Positions 30,032-45,593 of a stretch of 64,000 nucleotides of DNA are shown one piece after another (positions within the stretch are counted from its first letter, which is position 1; each line of letters starts with the position of its first letter). This DNA is from Chrysomallon squamiferum. Its lineage: Eukaryota > Animalia > Mollusca. The DNA lies in NCBI GenBank assembly GCA_012295275.1, contig CM022672.1, positions 5,704,001 through 5,768,000 on the forward strand, in the 5' to 3' direction. The notes under the pieces were generated by a model that was given only the letters and a program-made list of their open reading frames with translations, made no database searches and was not told the DNA's origin. The position numbers and the translations under genes are program-made.

Positions 30032-31005
30032 AAAAAAAAAAAAAAATGGGTCATCATTTTGGTGCTACGCAAAATAGCAAAGACGATATTAAACTTTTAT
30101 TGTGAAATAAACTAACAAACAAACAACAACAACAAACAAACAAACAAAATGAAGCACAAAGAAAAAGATTTTTAGTCTTTAAAAATCACAAAAGGTTTCA
30201 GGCCACGGTGAAGCTTTAAACGATACCACTTGATTGTTAACATAAAATGAGTCGTTTCATGACATTACGAACTGAAATCGTGTCTAACATACAAATCCAC
30301 AATCTGCTTGTTTTGTTAGTGTATCTGTCCTTTTATTCTTTTTTTTTGTTATTTTTTTTTTTTTTTGACGTTTTGATGTAGTTGCTGTTTTCACCGGTGA
30401 TGCTCGTTAAGGTATTCAGCTTTGTTGTTTGTTTTTATTTTATTATAAATATATATATATATATATTTAAAGTTTATTTTGTTTTTCTTGTTTTTGTTAT
30501 TCATTGTGCCATTACGTACTAATGCCACCGGAAGTTGATGTTTTAATTATTTTTCACTGTTGTTTTTTAAATGTTAAATATTTTTAAAAGCTTTATTTAT
30601 CCTTCCCCAGGCAGCATTTTCTCACAGACTGTTACGTCACTTATCATACCTCGTTGTTCGTCTATGACGTCACATCTAATTTTGTGTTCATCTGTCATTG
30701 ACGTCACGTCTGATGATTTGTGTTCATCTATGATAATATTTTTATTTTGTGTTTATTAACTGTGACGTTACATGTCTGTTGCTGTTATTTCTAAATTCGA
30801 TGTCACGTGGCCTAATCTTTTTGTATTGTGCATATTAACTATATGACTAGTCTCGCTTACTGTTGCTTCAAATACGCCTGCCATGGCACAACAATGTGAT
30901 ACAGCTGACCTGTGTAATATTGACTGTAGTTTGTACCCTTGTATTATCGAAATCTTTGACTACTTTTTCTATTCTGTCGACATTCGTGTTATTATTAATA
31001 CCCCC

Positions 31006-31036
<31 letters not shown>

Positions 31037-32310
31037 AGAGAAAAAAATGAAAAGATTAAATATTCAGTAGATCTGTTGTGAAATTTATCTTTATCTACAG
31101 TTATTAATATTTTCTTATTGTCTGTGTGAAGTTTCGGTTGTGTTTGTATATAATAATATATGTATGTATATATATGATCTGTTTTCCCATTAACTTTCGA
31201 AATGTGATAATGTTGATGTTATGTTTTACTGATTTAAAAGAAAAAAGCCTTTGGAAGAGTAAAAAAAAAAAAAAAATTAATAATTATATATATAAAGATA
31301 TATATCTATATTTTAACATTGAATTCACGTTATTTTCTTCATGTTGTTTCACTTAATTATGTTACATGCGTCTCTGTCCCTGAAAAAGACGAGTAATTTC
31401 GCATTAAATGCAGTTGTCGTTATTCAAATCACTGTCTTTGTTTTTATTTTTTCATTAATGGTTTTTGTATTTGCTTCTCATAACGAATTGTATCGTATGA
31501 TTAAATGCTGTGGAAATCTCATTCGGGTTTTTTCGTAAAAATAAAAATAAAACAAAAAGATTACGGCGAAAAATGCCGACTGAAATTCCATATGGAAAAA
31601 AAGAAAAAGACAAAAAAAAAGAGAAAAAAAAGACGACTACTTGCAGAATTTTTCACACACACACACACTCACACAGAGACGCACACGCACACACACATAT
31701 ATACATACAAAATTTTCTAAACTGAAGAAACACTACGTTTCGTTAAGAATTGTGAATTTAAAAGTTTGGGATTATCAGACATTTTAAACAGAAGTTAAAA
31801 ATACAAACTGCTTTTTGTTTAAAAAAAAAAAAAATTACCTGATTTATTAACGTTTGATTACTGAATATCAAACATTTGATGAATCTGATACTGAATACCA
31901 GATTTAATTCTGATATTGAATATTTAACATTTTATATAATTCTGAAATTGAATATCAAACACGATAATTCTGAAGTATGACTGAATAGAAAACCTGATGT
32001 TTATGAATCTCGCACAAAGGGATCATTTGTAGGCAGTTTACTAAAGTCAGCAAAGTCGTGTGATAATCGTATACGTTATACCTCTGCCTGCTGGGTAAGC
32101 CAAGGGTCACAGGTTGGAACGGGAAAGTAATTTAAGAGAGGCACAGACGAGGATCGATGACGTCTCGAGCAAGTGCTGTGAACGCACGGCGAGCGACTGC
32201 ATTTAATTTAATCGAGACTAAGTCAGTTCATTTTAGCCATAAGTAACGTTCAAATATAAAACGAAGATAAAAATAAAAAATAAATAAATAAAAATAAATA
32301 AATAAAATTA

Positions 32311-32353
<43 letters not shown>

Positions 32354-32527
32354 TGTTTATAAATAATATTATATAACTGTTGTATGTAAATAACGGATAT
32401 AGACAAATGAAATAGAAAAAACAACATATGTTACTTTCTCGAAGAAAAAAAAAATAGTTAAAGAAGACGAAGAATAAAGTAAAATCTTGAGACTTAGTTT
32501 TAAAAATATAGGTTGTATCTGATAAAT

Positions 32528-32636
<109 letters not shown>

Positions 32637-32864
32637 GCGATCAGAAAATGAGGAAACGACAACGAAGACAGAAATCGATACTGAGAAAAGGAGAAAAATT
32701 TAGATAAAGATTCTAAACTGAAATAGATATATATAATGAAATGAAAGAAACGGAAAGAGAGAAAGGTAAAAATCGATACAGACAAAAAAAAAAAGGAGAG
32801 AGACAAGAGAAAAAAGACAGAGATATGTAAAGAAAGACAAAAGTAAGAAAAATGAGGGATACAG

Positions 32865-32904
<40 letters not shown>

Positions 32905-33280
32905 AGAGAAATACAGACAGAAGTGAGAAAAAACCCCGCAGCTAACGAAATTACTTTAAATTTAAAATCAATTTTCTTTACTATGCCTTTCGTTCATGCT
33001 TGTTCAGTTCATCGACCTGTTTTAAAACCTACAATTAATTGTGTTTACCAGTGAAAATAAGCTGAAGTATATTTATAAATACCTACTAGATATCGATTGG
33101 ATTTTTACTACTATTCTCAACTGACTGAGGATCAAATATAATTATATACACAGAAATATAAACGAAACTACATTAACAGCACCAGTCTCACATTCCAGAA
33201 CATTCCAACTAGTAATAAATAAGCGATAACAACAGTAGCTACTTATACAACAATAACAACAACAACAATAGAAATAATAA

Positions 33281-33319
<39 letters not shown>

Positions 33320-33770
33320 AATTAAATATAAAGAAAACAATAATCAAAAAAAAAAAAATCCCATCTTTGTCCTTTTAGAAAATTTGTTAAAGACAAGAAT
33401 GAAAAAAAAAAAAAAAAAAAAAATCCTTTAACAAAAGAAAATAAATAAATAAATAAATGAATAAATAAATAAATACATAAAAAGTCTATGTCAGTTTGAC
33501 AGACGACTGATAACAGAATATAAAACCAGTACTGCTTGTACTGGTCTAGGTGGACAGTGTAAACTTGTTAACCAAACACACGTGACCTAGATGTCGGTTT
33601 CCAGCGCTTGTGACATCTTCAAAACACATGTTTAATGAAATATCTTCATGATCAAGAGTTACGTCAAACTGGGTCCAGTATTTTAACTATTTAAAGAGAA
33701 AATGCAAGAGAAAACATAAATGACATTTCCTTAGTCTTCATGTTTGTTTATTTATTTATTTTATTTTATT

Positions 33771-33856
<86 letters not shown>

Positions 33857-33857
33857 G

Positions 33858-33892
<35 letters not shown>

Positions 33893-34417
33893 TGCTCTTG
33901 TATTTATTAAAAAAAAAAAAAAAAAAAAAAGTAATGGAAATATAATAACACGAAATAAACCAAATCAAATTACTCTAGATATTTTAAATACACAATATTT
34001 TTTATTTATTTTTTTTTTTATAGATATAAATATATAATGATGGTGATGATGAAGATAGTAAATTAAAGTAATTAAGTTAGTAAGTTAGTAAGTAAATAAA
34101 TAAATAAAAGTAAATAAGCCTGGTTAGTATTAATATACAAGATTTTACAACTCATCACCAACATGAAAAACTGTCTAAAAGGATTTATTCAGGTCTTATG
34201 TATAAGTTTTAAATAGTCACGTACGACAATAAGGTATACTTGTAATATAGGTAACTGTCAAGTGAAAACACAGTAAAGACGTACCTGTATAGGTCAAGCA
34301 GGTCAACCTGATATCGCAGTAACCACAACATTATTTAGCAAACAATTAACCTGAGACTGACTGACCATAGTTATTATATCTGAATATGTGCGTGTGTATG
34401 TATGTATGTATGTATGT

Positions 34418-34494
<77 letters not shown>

Positions 34495-35747
34495 TACATA
34501 TACATACAAAAATCTACACTTAACCATATGTTGCATGAAATATGAACAGTTAAAACTGATATTTCTCACTAATAAATGTGTCCGTGAGTATGAACACGTA
34601 CGAACATAATCACACACGTATGTACTACGTACGTGTGCGTAATTTCACGCGCTAGCAGCATGAAAGACAATAGGATATGTAAATCGTTTATTTACATCTA
34701 AACATAACATTATGCTGAAAATCAATGAACGAACATTCCAGAAAAAAAAAATATAAAAACAAATGGCAGACGATGTGAAATCTCGTTTGAGCCAGCTGTT
34801 TCAGAGAGCCGTAATAATACATGTACTAAGTAGGTCATGATAAGTTACATGGGACAGAAAGGAAACCTGATTATTTACGGAATTCCGCCATCTGGCGCTC
34901 GAGGATGTGACTATAGCGCATGACGTTTGTAATCTTGTTTGTTTGTTTTCTTCGAGTTTCGGCCAGATCCGCTCTTTTTGACGTAACAGATTAGCAAAAC
35001 GAAACAAAGGAGAAAACTGTGTTTGATCTCGTTCAATTGTGTTTCAATAAACTGATATGAAGATTTCATATCACAAAAGATAATGGCAGGACAGGTAGAG
35101 AGAGAGAGAGAGAGAGAGCCATTGAGTGACGTATCAAATCCTGACATTAAACATTCGTGTATTTATTTATCGACATTATCGTTGTATGACAGTGAAGGTT
35201 TTATCACCTGCCTAGCCGCTATAGCATATATGAATGGACCTTACATTGACATTTTTTTTACGAAAGTGTTTTGAAAATACCCGTCCGTCCGTTTATCTAA
35301 ACAATAATCTGAAATTTTTAATCTCTCCGTTGATCTGTCCATCTTCGGTATGAATCTGTCTATGACAGAATTTCGAGAAAAAAATAAAATAAAATAAAAA
35401 TTAAAAAATCTCGATATCGCGACTCAGAGTCCAGTATCAGCAAGGACATTTTTAACAAATAGAAACAAAGATATCTACCACGATAACTGTTGTCTTTGCA
35501 CTTTTTTTTTTTTTGTGAACGAATGAAAGTATTTATAGGCGAGTTATCAGAATGTGCATGATGAAGAGATAAATACTGATTGCATAATTCAAATATTAAG
35601 GAATACAGATAGACAGACATACAGATAGACAGGTAGATATGTTCATGGATGGATGGATTGATGGATGGATGCATAAAAAGATGGTTTGATAGATGGTATA
35701 GATAGAGAGACAGACTATATATATATATATATATATATATCAGATAA

Positions 35748-35779
<32 letters not shown>

Positions 35780-36114
35780 ATAGAAAGTAAAAAATAAGGA
35801 ACGAAAGAAATAATGAATACATGAAAGAAAGAAGATAATATATATCAGATAAATAGATAGATAGATAGATAGATAGATAATAAATGAAAGTAAAAAATAA
35901 GAAGGAACGAAAGAAATAATGAATACATGAAAGAAAGAAGATAAATATATATATATATATATACAAAATATTAAATAAAAAATAATCGAATGAATGAAAG
36001 AGATAAAGAAAAACAAAGAAAAGAAATAAAGAATTAATAAGAAACAAATAGAAATAGTGTGAAACAAAAAGAAACACCCCCCCCCAAGAAACAATATATA
36101 TATTAGAAAAGATG

Positions 36115-36156
<42 letters not shown>

Positions 36157-36378
36157 AAGAAAGAAAGAAAAAGAAACAGCAGGAAACAGCCGATAGGAGA
36201 AGTTCAGGGAGAAAAGCAAACATCGCCGTGAAATCAAGTTCACGAATGTTAACAGAACCTTGCTGAATCGACCCGCTCGTAAATACACTGTCCTTTTGTT
36301 GTTTGGCTTTCACCCAGCGAAAATAAAACAATTTCTAGAATGAAGGATGTTTTCTTTAGCATTACCAAGTTCAGCCGG

Positions 36379-36416
<38 letters not shown>

Positions 36417-36984
36417 CTGATGTCATTGTCGAATCTCTCTGTATCGTATTGTCTCAGTGGTGGAATTTCATTGAGAAACATATTTAAATATGACATTTTT
36501 TTTTTTCTTTCTGTCTCGGAGGAGAATGTTTGCAGGTAATTGTTTGAAACTGTGAAATAACCTTTACGTAAAAGAAATTTGAATAGCTTTATAACACCTA
36601 CCTAAAATCTACGCCCAAATTCCGTAAAAAAAAAAATATAAAAAAAAAAAAAATAAAAAAATTAAGTAGACGCCAGTGTATTTAAATGTTTGGAGAAATA
36701 GTTAAAAAAAAAAAAAAAAAAAAAAAAATCTCTCCTAAGACGTAAGTTTATCAGAGGATAACGTTTTCGCCGTTCCACATTTCCCGTTCCAGACAATGTT
36801 TGACACACACACACACACACAAAAAGTAATGTATTAAATCCTGTGATGTGGGTTTTCTTCCAAGGCAAAATATATATAAAAACATCATTTACTTCTATCT
36901 TATGTATAGTCCATACATTGGCTGATTAAGATTTCCTTTAAAGTATCGTCAGTAACCTAATATTATATATTTCAAACCTAAATA

Positions 36985-37038
<54 letters not shown>

Positions 37039-37262
37039 CATCATCATCATCATCATCACCATCATCAACAAAATGTGTTAAAGAAATAATCATTCATTCG
37101 TTCATTCATTCTTTCATAATTCATTCATTGATCCTAAAACCAAAACACACAATACACAGTATGATAGTCCATAATTAAAAACTGCGATACATGCATGTTA
37201 TTTTCATTTTCTTCTTACCAACAACAGGTCACTGACTGAAAAAGATCGATATTTGTCCAGTT

Positions 37263-37296
<34 letters not shown>

Positions 37297-38656
37297 CCTT
37301 AATTATTTCTTAATAAACTTCACGCACTAAGCTCCTGGATTACGAAGCCATTTTCTTAATTAAACGGATTTTCTCAACATAATCATCGAAAAATCGTCTC
37401 TCTGTTTGTCTGTTTTTCTAGTTGTCTGTCTGTCACTCTATTTTTCTTTCTTTCTGTTTACTATATATCACAGAAATACCCTAAGCGTCATCAGTTTGTC
37501 AATCCAGATGTGTTTATATGCTTGAGTGTGTTTGTGTGTATGTGCGTGAGCGTGTGTGTGTGTGTGTGCGTGCGTGTGTATTTATGTATTTTTAATTTAT
37601 TTATCAATTTTTTTCTCCATATATTTATAGTTGTTTATCTGTCTGTCGTCTTTTTAATCTCTTTGTTCATCCGTCTGTCTGTTGTTTCTCTCTTTCTCTC
37701 TCACATCTAAGGAATTACACCTGGCTTCATGGCTGCTAGTTAAGACCCAGCCTTCCCCCCCACTGCCCCCCCTAAAATCGAATATTAAGGGGATATCGAT
37801 CCTGTAGTATAGATCGCCTCGGGAAGGCAGTCTATTCATAACTTATTACAGCCAACAGACACAAAAATATTAACTGATAATTGTATTTATACTTTCTTAC
37901 TATATCACAATATGAACATTACATAGTTTTATCAAATATATTGCATTATGCTATAATACAGATATTACCTTGTAATTATAATAGATGGGTTACATTTTAT
38001 TGTAATACCTGTTATGTTATGTTATATTATATTATATTATATTATATTATATTATATTATATTATATTATATTATGTTGTGTTATGTTTATATTACATAA
38101 CTTTATTATATTTTATTATTATAAGTACATTACATGATGTTATAATGCGTAAAGTACGTATAACACTGTATAATAATATCTATAAGTTTATTACACGAAA
38201 TTCATATTACATTATATTACAAAATATGCATATTATAATATACACAACATTATAGACACTATAATATACGTACATTACATTGTGTTATAATATTTACGCT
38301 GGGTTACTTTATAATACTTACAGATATTACATTACTTGTAATATTATATTACAGTATGTACGTTATATCATAATATGTACGTTTTCCATTTCAATACGAT
38401 TGCGTCAGTTCCAAATGCTCCGAAGACTGGCAAGCACTGACGTCACATCACGACTCAAACTCACGCCTAGAATTAACACATGACATATTCTACAGAATCA
38501 CACAGATTTTATTTTGAGTAAGTGTCAGGAGTGTGTGCGGTCGACAAAAGATGCAAGTCGTTTTCAAACAGCTGACTTTTATCTTCTTCTTCTTTTGTTA
38601 TTTATTTATTTATTTATTATTAGATGTAGTAGTAATAGTAGTATTAGTAGTAGGAG

Positions 38657-38694
<38 letters not shown>

Positions 38695-39262
38695 TTATTA
38701 TTGTTATTATTATTACTATTATTATTTTCTTTTGCTGTTATTGTTGTTCAGTTTATTTAAATCCATTCTATAAACAAATCTTTAGGTCATTTAACAACAG
38801 TTTTCAAACTATTTAATCAAGAAAACGTTTCTTTCGTTTATAGCACACCAGTAATAAAATTCTTAAATCTAATCCCAATCTTTAACAAACACCTCACCCA
38901 CAAACAGCCAAACATCGTGAATGTTCCATTAACTGAAAACACGGGCGGTAGTGGGCGAGCATTGCAAAACTGTTTTCGTGGGAGAAAGGTACTATTTTAA
39001 AAAATAAACATATTTACTTTAAGTGCTATTAAATTAAATAAAATGTTGTTGTTTACTTCGATTCTAAACCGTTTCCTGTTATTTCCTCTTTTTTTTTTTT
39101 TTCAATTCAAGTAATTTTTTATATTTTCACCTTATTTTTTTTTTTTTTTTTTTTCCCAACAGGTCACAGTTTAAAAAGAGCGCGATCTTTTTTTAACGTT
39201 TCTAATAATAAAAATAAATACAACACATTTTTAATAACGCCTTCGGCCTGCTTGCTTTATTT

Positions 39263-39304
<42 letters not shown>

Positions 39305-39731
39305 TTTCTTCTTTTAGCCATTCATCACCAAGAATAACCCATCCGAGCAGGTACATCAAAACAAGTTTATATTTCCTTTCTTGTACCGGCTCTAAATATA
39401 ATGTGGAATAATTTTCTATTAATTGTACGTAAGCGTATCAAGTCGCTTCGTTTGGTAAAAATCCGCGCATCGGCACGCTTCCGACGACGTAGACAGATTG
39501 ATTTTCCATTCCTGGCTACGTCACGAGGACGCACTTAATTAGGCAGAATTGATTGGACGATCGAATCAATAATCGTTGCAAGTCCGGATCTTAAAACGAG
39601 GCTCGTTTCATCTTCTCGTGCGAGAAAGGTGAAACCGAGGCCGAGATGTTTTTCTTGTTGTATTTCTTTTCGTCAGCTTCCGGTTTACATTAATACGTCT
39701 GATATCATGGAAAATCAGAATGAGATGTAAA

Positions 39732-39807
<76 letters not shown>

Positions 39808-39887
39808 TTAACATACAAATACAGATAGAAAGAAAAAATGTATAAAAATGTAATTTTTTTTTAAAATTAATTAATTAGTTAATAATA

Positions 39888-39922
<35 letters not shown>

Positions 39923-39934
39923 TAATAATAATAC

Positions 39935-39978
<44 letters not shown>

Positions 39979-40147
39979 GGTGATGATGATACATTTTAAA
40001 TTGTTCGACACAATATCGATGTAACCAAACGGACATTTCTCTTTTATTATTTTCTAACATTTATAACAAAATAATTAAATTACAAAAATCTGTTAGTATC
40101 TAGTTCAACTATTACTACCGTTGTTGTTGTTGTTGTTGTGGTTATTA

Positions 40148-40205
<58 letters not shown>

Positions 40206-40830
40206 CATTATTATTATTTAGTTCTTGTTGTTGACTGTTATTATATGTTAAATAACAGTTTTACTGTAAACATTTGTCACACACATTTCACGAAGTAACA
40301 AAAGATCGGATTTATTTAAGACAGCTTTATTTACGCACACAGTACGGAATCTCAGCGGCGTTTGCGTTTACACGTCATCGCCTGCTTGCGCATACATTGA
40401 TGATATTTTATTTTCCGTTGTTTACCAAACTGGCCAACATGTGACGCTGGTGGCAGTTATTTATTTGATATCCAAAGAATTTATCCTTGAAAACACCGCA
40501 TTTAGTATCGACAAAGCGAAAAGTAAATATTGTCGTAATAAATATTGATACAGCCATTTAAAAGAAGAGGAAGAAGAAGAAAAGAAAAAAAAAAAAAAAA
40601 AAAAAAAAAAAGAAAAAGAACTACAGTGTATTTGTATAAATGATACTTTTAAAATTCTATCATCATCATAAGCTTCTTCATCTTCGATATCGTCGTCATC
40701 ATTATCAGCAGCAATAACAGTGTTACTGTTTCTGCTGTTTATATTGTTGTTGTTTTTATTAATAATTAGGTGTGAATTAATGGCTGATGTATTCATCCCG
40801 TTTCTTATACGTAATAACTGTATTTCACTG

Positions 40831-40866
<36 letters not shown>

Positions 40867-41859
40867 CCTTTATTCCGCATAATTTATTATTACTAGGCTT
40901 TTTTCTTTCTTTCTTTTCCAATGTCATGTTTATAAAATGGCGACTATATTCGGCATCAACAACGTGGTACTGACGCTGACCTATGGCATGCTACGTCAGC
41001 GCTTTATCGGTCTTCAAACAAGCTAATTTTAGAACAGGGTAATAACACTTGGACGTTTGTTCAAGTCAGAAATATCCGTACTAATGACGTCAACCTCTAA
41101 CCATCGATTGATCCTAACTATTTATAGTAACAGACTCCATACAGTTGCCAGTGCCGTATATTCTGGCAGCCAAATAAAAATTTTATCGATCTCAGACATC
41201 ATATTTTGAGAATTCCGAACTAAGCTTTCATTTTTACGGAATCGATCGAAAGGCTAGAGGGACTGTGACAATAACGTTACGGTTAATTCCGGGAACCGGT
41301 GCTGTCGTCTGCAGGCGATTTTCGGAAATGATCGTCAAATTTCGTTAATAACATGCAACAGATAAAACAAAAGAAAAGATGTTGGTGACATAGTAATGTT
41401 GATATTGAATTAAAAAAAATAAAACAGGAAACTTTCAAATCGTTTCTTTACAAAAGTACACAACAATATTTCAATGTAATAATTATCAATACGCGTGATT
41501 CTGCTGTTCTTAAGAGCGGAGAATTAATTTAATTTAGTTTGTAAATTATGTATTTAGGACTGGAGCATAAAAGAAATAATTGGTTACTGTCTTAAGATAC
41601 CAACTTCAGTCTGCTCGGCTCGGCAGAGTCTCGCAGTGGTATTTTTACGTAATAAAGCTGACATTTTAGTTATTTTCTCTCTATATATGTCCATAAGCGT
41701 GTGTCTGCTGTGTGTGTGTGTGTGCGCGTGTGTGTGTGCGTGTGTGTGTGTGTGTGAGTGTGGTAATTTTGATTTACCTGTACCTGTACCTTTGTCCATT
41801 GCTTTTGCTAATTAAAGTAATTAATAGCAGATTTCTTCAAAATATTTAACAAAACTCTG

Positions 41860-41900
<41 letters not shown>

Positions 41901-41935
41901 ATGGATGTATTTATAAATACACAGAGAGAGTGAGT

Positions 41936-42071
<136 letters not shown>

Positions 42072-42161
42072 TTATTTTATATATAATGGATTTTTCTCAC
42101 TCTTCACTTGTTGTTTTGTTGTATTTCTTTTGTTCTATTCTGTTCTGTTTTGGTTTTGTTT

Positions 42162-42192
<31 letters not shown>

Positions 42193-42729
42193 GTTGTTGT
42201 TTGTGCTTTTGTTCCCTGACACGGTATTCTCCATATTCAAATGTCACACACAAAAATGCCACACACAACCGTGCATAACAGATTCACACATTTACACACA
42301 CTTACACGTACAAGCACGGAATGACACAGACATGCGCATACACCAAAATGCTATTTTCCATTCAACATAATCACAGGTTTACAAATACACGCTGCGGCCG
42401 CCATTGATCGTATGATAAACATACTCTGTAGAGACTGTTATTGTTCTACATCTAATTGCGTAAAATCGATAACAGAACACCAAAGTGGAAAATTTGTCTT
42501 TATTGTAAACCAAACACAGATAACCAAGTGTAAATTATCAGTGGAAAGATGTATGTTTATGTACTGACGGATGAATACAGAGACGTGATGAATGGATTTG
42601 TTTCTGATTTGTATACATCTGTATGTATGTATGTTTGTATGTAGGTGTAAATATTATGTTTTCTTGTATTTTTTAGCTTTCGGTTTCTTCTTCTTTCTTC
42701 TTCTTCTTCTTCTTCTTCTTCTTCTTCTT

Positions 42730-42760
<31 letters not shown>

Positions 42761-42809
42761 TTATTATTATTATTATTATCATTATTACTATTATTATTAT
42801 TTTTATTCT

Positions 42810-42850
<41 letters not shown>

Positions 42851-43298
42851 ATATTGCTATTATTATTTTAAATTTTATTAAATCATACTTGATTTTGTTT
42901 TATATTTACATGTATTCTGTGCCATTAATTTAATACATTTACAGATTTTTGTACACATCCACAGTAATCCGCTTTATTAATGAAGGAATCGGTTTAAAAT
43001 TCCGTTAGCGTCGTACAAATTTTTGTAACGTTGTACCAAGAAAACCCCACCTAATCGTGTTCTAGCAGCAGGCTAATGACATAGGATTGGAGTAAAATCA
43101 GCATCATCATCTTCCAAAGATCGATAAATATTTATTTATTTATTCCCCCCCCTCTCGATACAGAGATAGTGAAAGTGGAGATATATCTAGAAAGAACGAG
43201 CAGTTCTGAGAAACGAGAATATAATTCAAACTGTTTTACATCAGTACTATTTCACAGCTGGTATTGATCCGAGTTAAGTTACTCTCTCTGTCTCTCTC

Positions 43299-43408
<110 letters not shown>

Positions 43409-45509
43409 TATATAATGTGTATTGTAGTGGGATGGAATAAAAGTTAAATTAGTGAAATTCAGCGACTGGCATTTATTTAACCATATAAGTAGAAGTTTGT
43501 TCATCTTTCAATGTATGTATATGTGTCTTATATTTTCGTCATGTGTTAAACGAAATGACGTGCTGAAATGATATCCACTGAAAAAACGCTACGATTATTG
43601 GTACCAATCCAATATAAAGTGTTCCAACCCAATATATGTATGGTTTGATGTGAATGTGTGTCCAAACGTGTGTTCGTGTGTGCGTGACTTAATACCGAGA
43701 CACACAGCAGCATGCAAACAGAATTTACAAGTAATTCTGTGCTCACTAAAAGAATTTTCCTTCAATGAACTTCCATTCTTAAGAACGATTTGAACACTGT
43801 TCATTGATTTTATATTACTGCCACAAATGTAATGCAGTTACTGTTCATTTTTTCTACACATCCCACGTTAATATGCATTACTAATGAAGAAATCAGTTTC
43901 ATTTTATTTCTATCAGCCTCAAACAGCCTTCTGCAGCCACGGTATCAAAAGAATAATAATTTATCGTCTGCTGATGAAATCGGCTGGGGTGAAATCAGTG
44001 TGATCAGTATCAAAATAATGATTTTTTCTCTCTCTCTCTCTCCTCTTCATACCCGTGACAGAAATACTGAGGTAAATCCGGTTTGTGTCACGAAACCGAG
44101 GTATTCTGAGAAACGAGAATATAATCCGCGTTTAATGCAAACCATTTTACATCTGTACTATTTTGCGACACGTTATCGATCCGTGATAACGTATTCTGTT
44201 TCTCCCTCATTCTGTTATTCACGCACTTTCTCTCTCTTTCTCTCAGCAATAATCCAATGCCTGCATTAGAACAATATGCTATCGTCAGAGGGCGCTCCGC
44301 TATCGCTTTGTTCGCAGACCACCAATCGATATGGGACAAAAGTACATACGATCACAATTTCGTTTACGTCATATGTAACGTCACGGGTTAGTCGCGGAGT
44401 CTGGCACGCGCCGAGTTCATACTGAAGAAGTAAATTGTAATCGATTAGTTATTCGCCACTTTAGTAAACACGTTATAAAAATAGAAGGCTTTTCCCTATA
44501 AATATTCGAGTTATTTCTGTATCCATACGCGATTAATTCGAAATGAATTACTACTGATAACAATATGTTACCGCGTGGTGACGGAGAGGTGTTTTGATAA
44601 TCGTAAGCAAAATTATAATAATAAGCCGAATTTATATTATTATTAATTTTCTATGATTTTATTACATCATACCACGTGTGCTTACGAAAGCGTTTACGCT
44701 GTCAGAATGTTTAATTCTGCTGTAAATACTTTTAACACTTTTGTAAACAAAATGACCTGATGTCATATCATGAGAGAAAGCGTTTTTTGACATATTTTGT
44801 AACTATTAAACCTTTTAATTTTTTTTTTTTTTTTTAATTCTTATATATGTATGTGTATATTTGGGTATATATGTATGGATGTATGTATGAATGTATGTAT
44901 GGATGGATGGATGGATGGATGGATGGATGGATGGATGGATGGATGGATGGATGGATGGATGTATGTATGTCTCAGTGTTTGTGATACAACTAATTTTTGA
45001 AACTGTCGTAATGAACCTACTAATCCCATACGCGTGCCACAATTCTCTAAACAGTAACTGATAAATAACCTTCATTCTTTTTACATCGACCTTAATTTAT
45101 ATCAAATCGTCTCAGAGACTGAGACGGACCCTGACTGTACAACATTGGCAGCGACCTGTCTGGCAAAAGGTCGTTTTCACTGTTCAAAGTTGATGGACGA
45201 CAGTACAAGACGAAAACGAAAGGTGGTGTGTGTGTGTGTGTGGGGGTGTTGCGTTCAGGAGGGAGTGTTATTGTGTTTGGGATCTGTGGGAAGTAGAGGA
45301 CACCACTGGTCATGTTGTAACGGGCACTTGACGGCTCAGATTTACATCACTGACATTCTTGTCTTTCTGCAACAGCAGCCACGTTGATGTCACCTATCTG
45401 TGTGGCAATGTCGTACAGAACACCGGTAACATCCACACATCGGCCAACGAGAACTGATTCAGACGTGAAAGTGAACGGCTACGTATTCCACCTGACTTAA
45501 TCCGAAGCC

Positions 45510-45593
45510 TGACATCTTCTGTGTCATTTTTAGAGTGTGTTACTCTACTGACATCTTCTGTGTCATTTTTAGAGTGTGTTACTCTACTGACAC
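45510..45593. repeat. 39-bp tandem duplication
   Basis: CTGACATCTTCTGTGTCATTTTTAGAGTGTGTTACTCTA twice in tandem. Confidence 0.95.
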
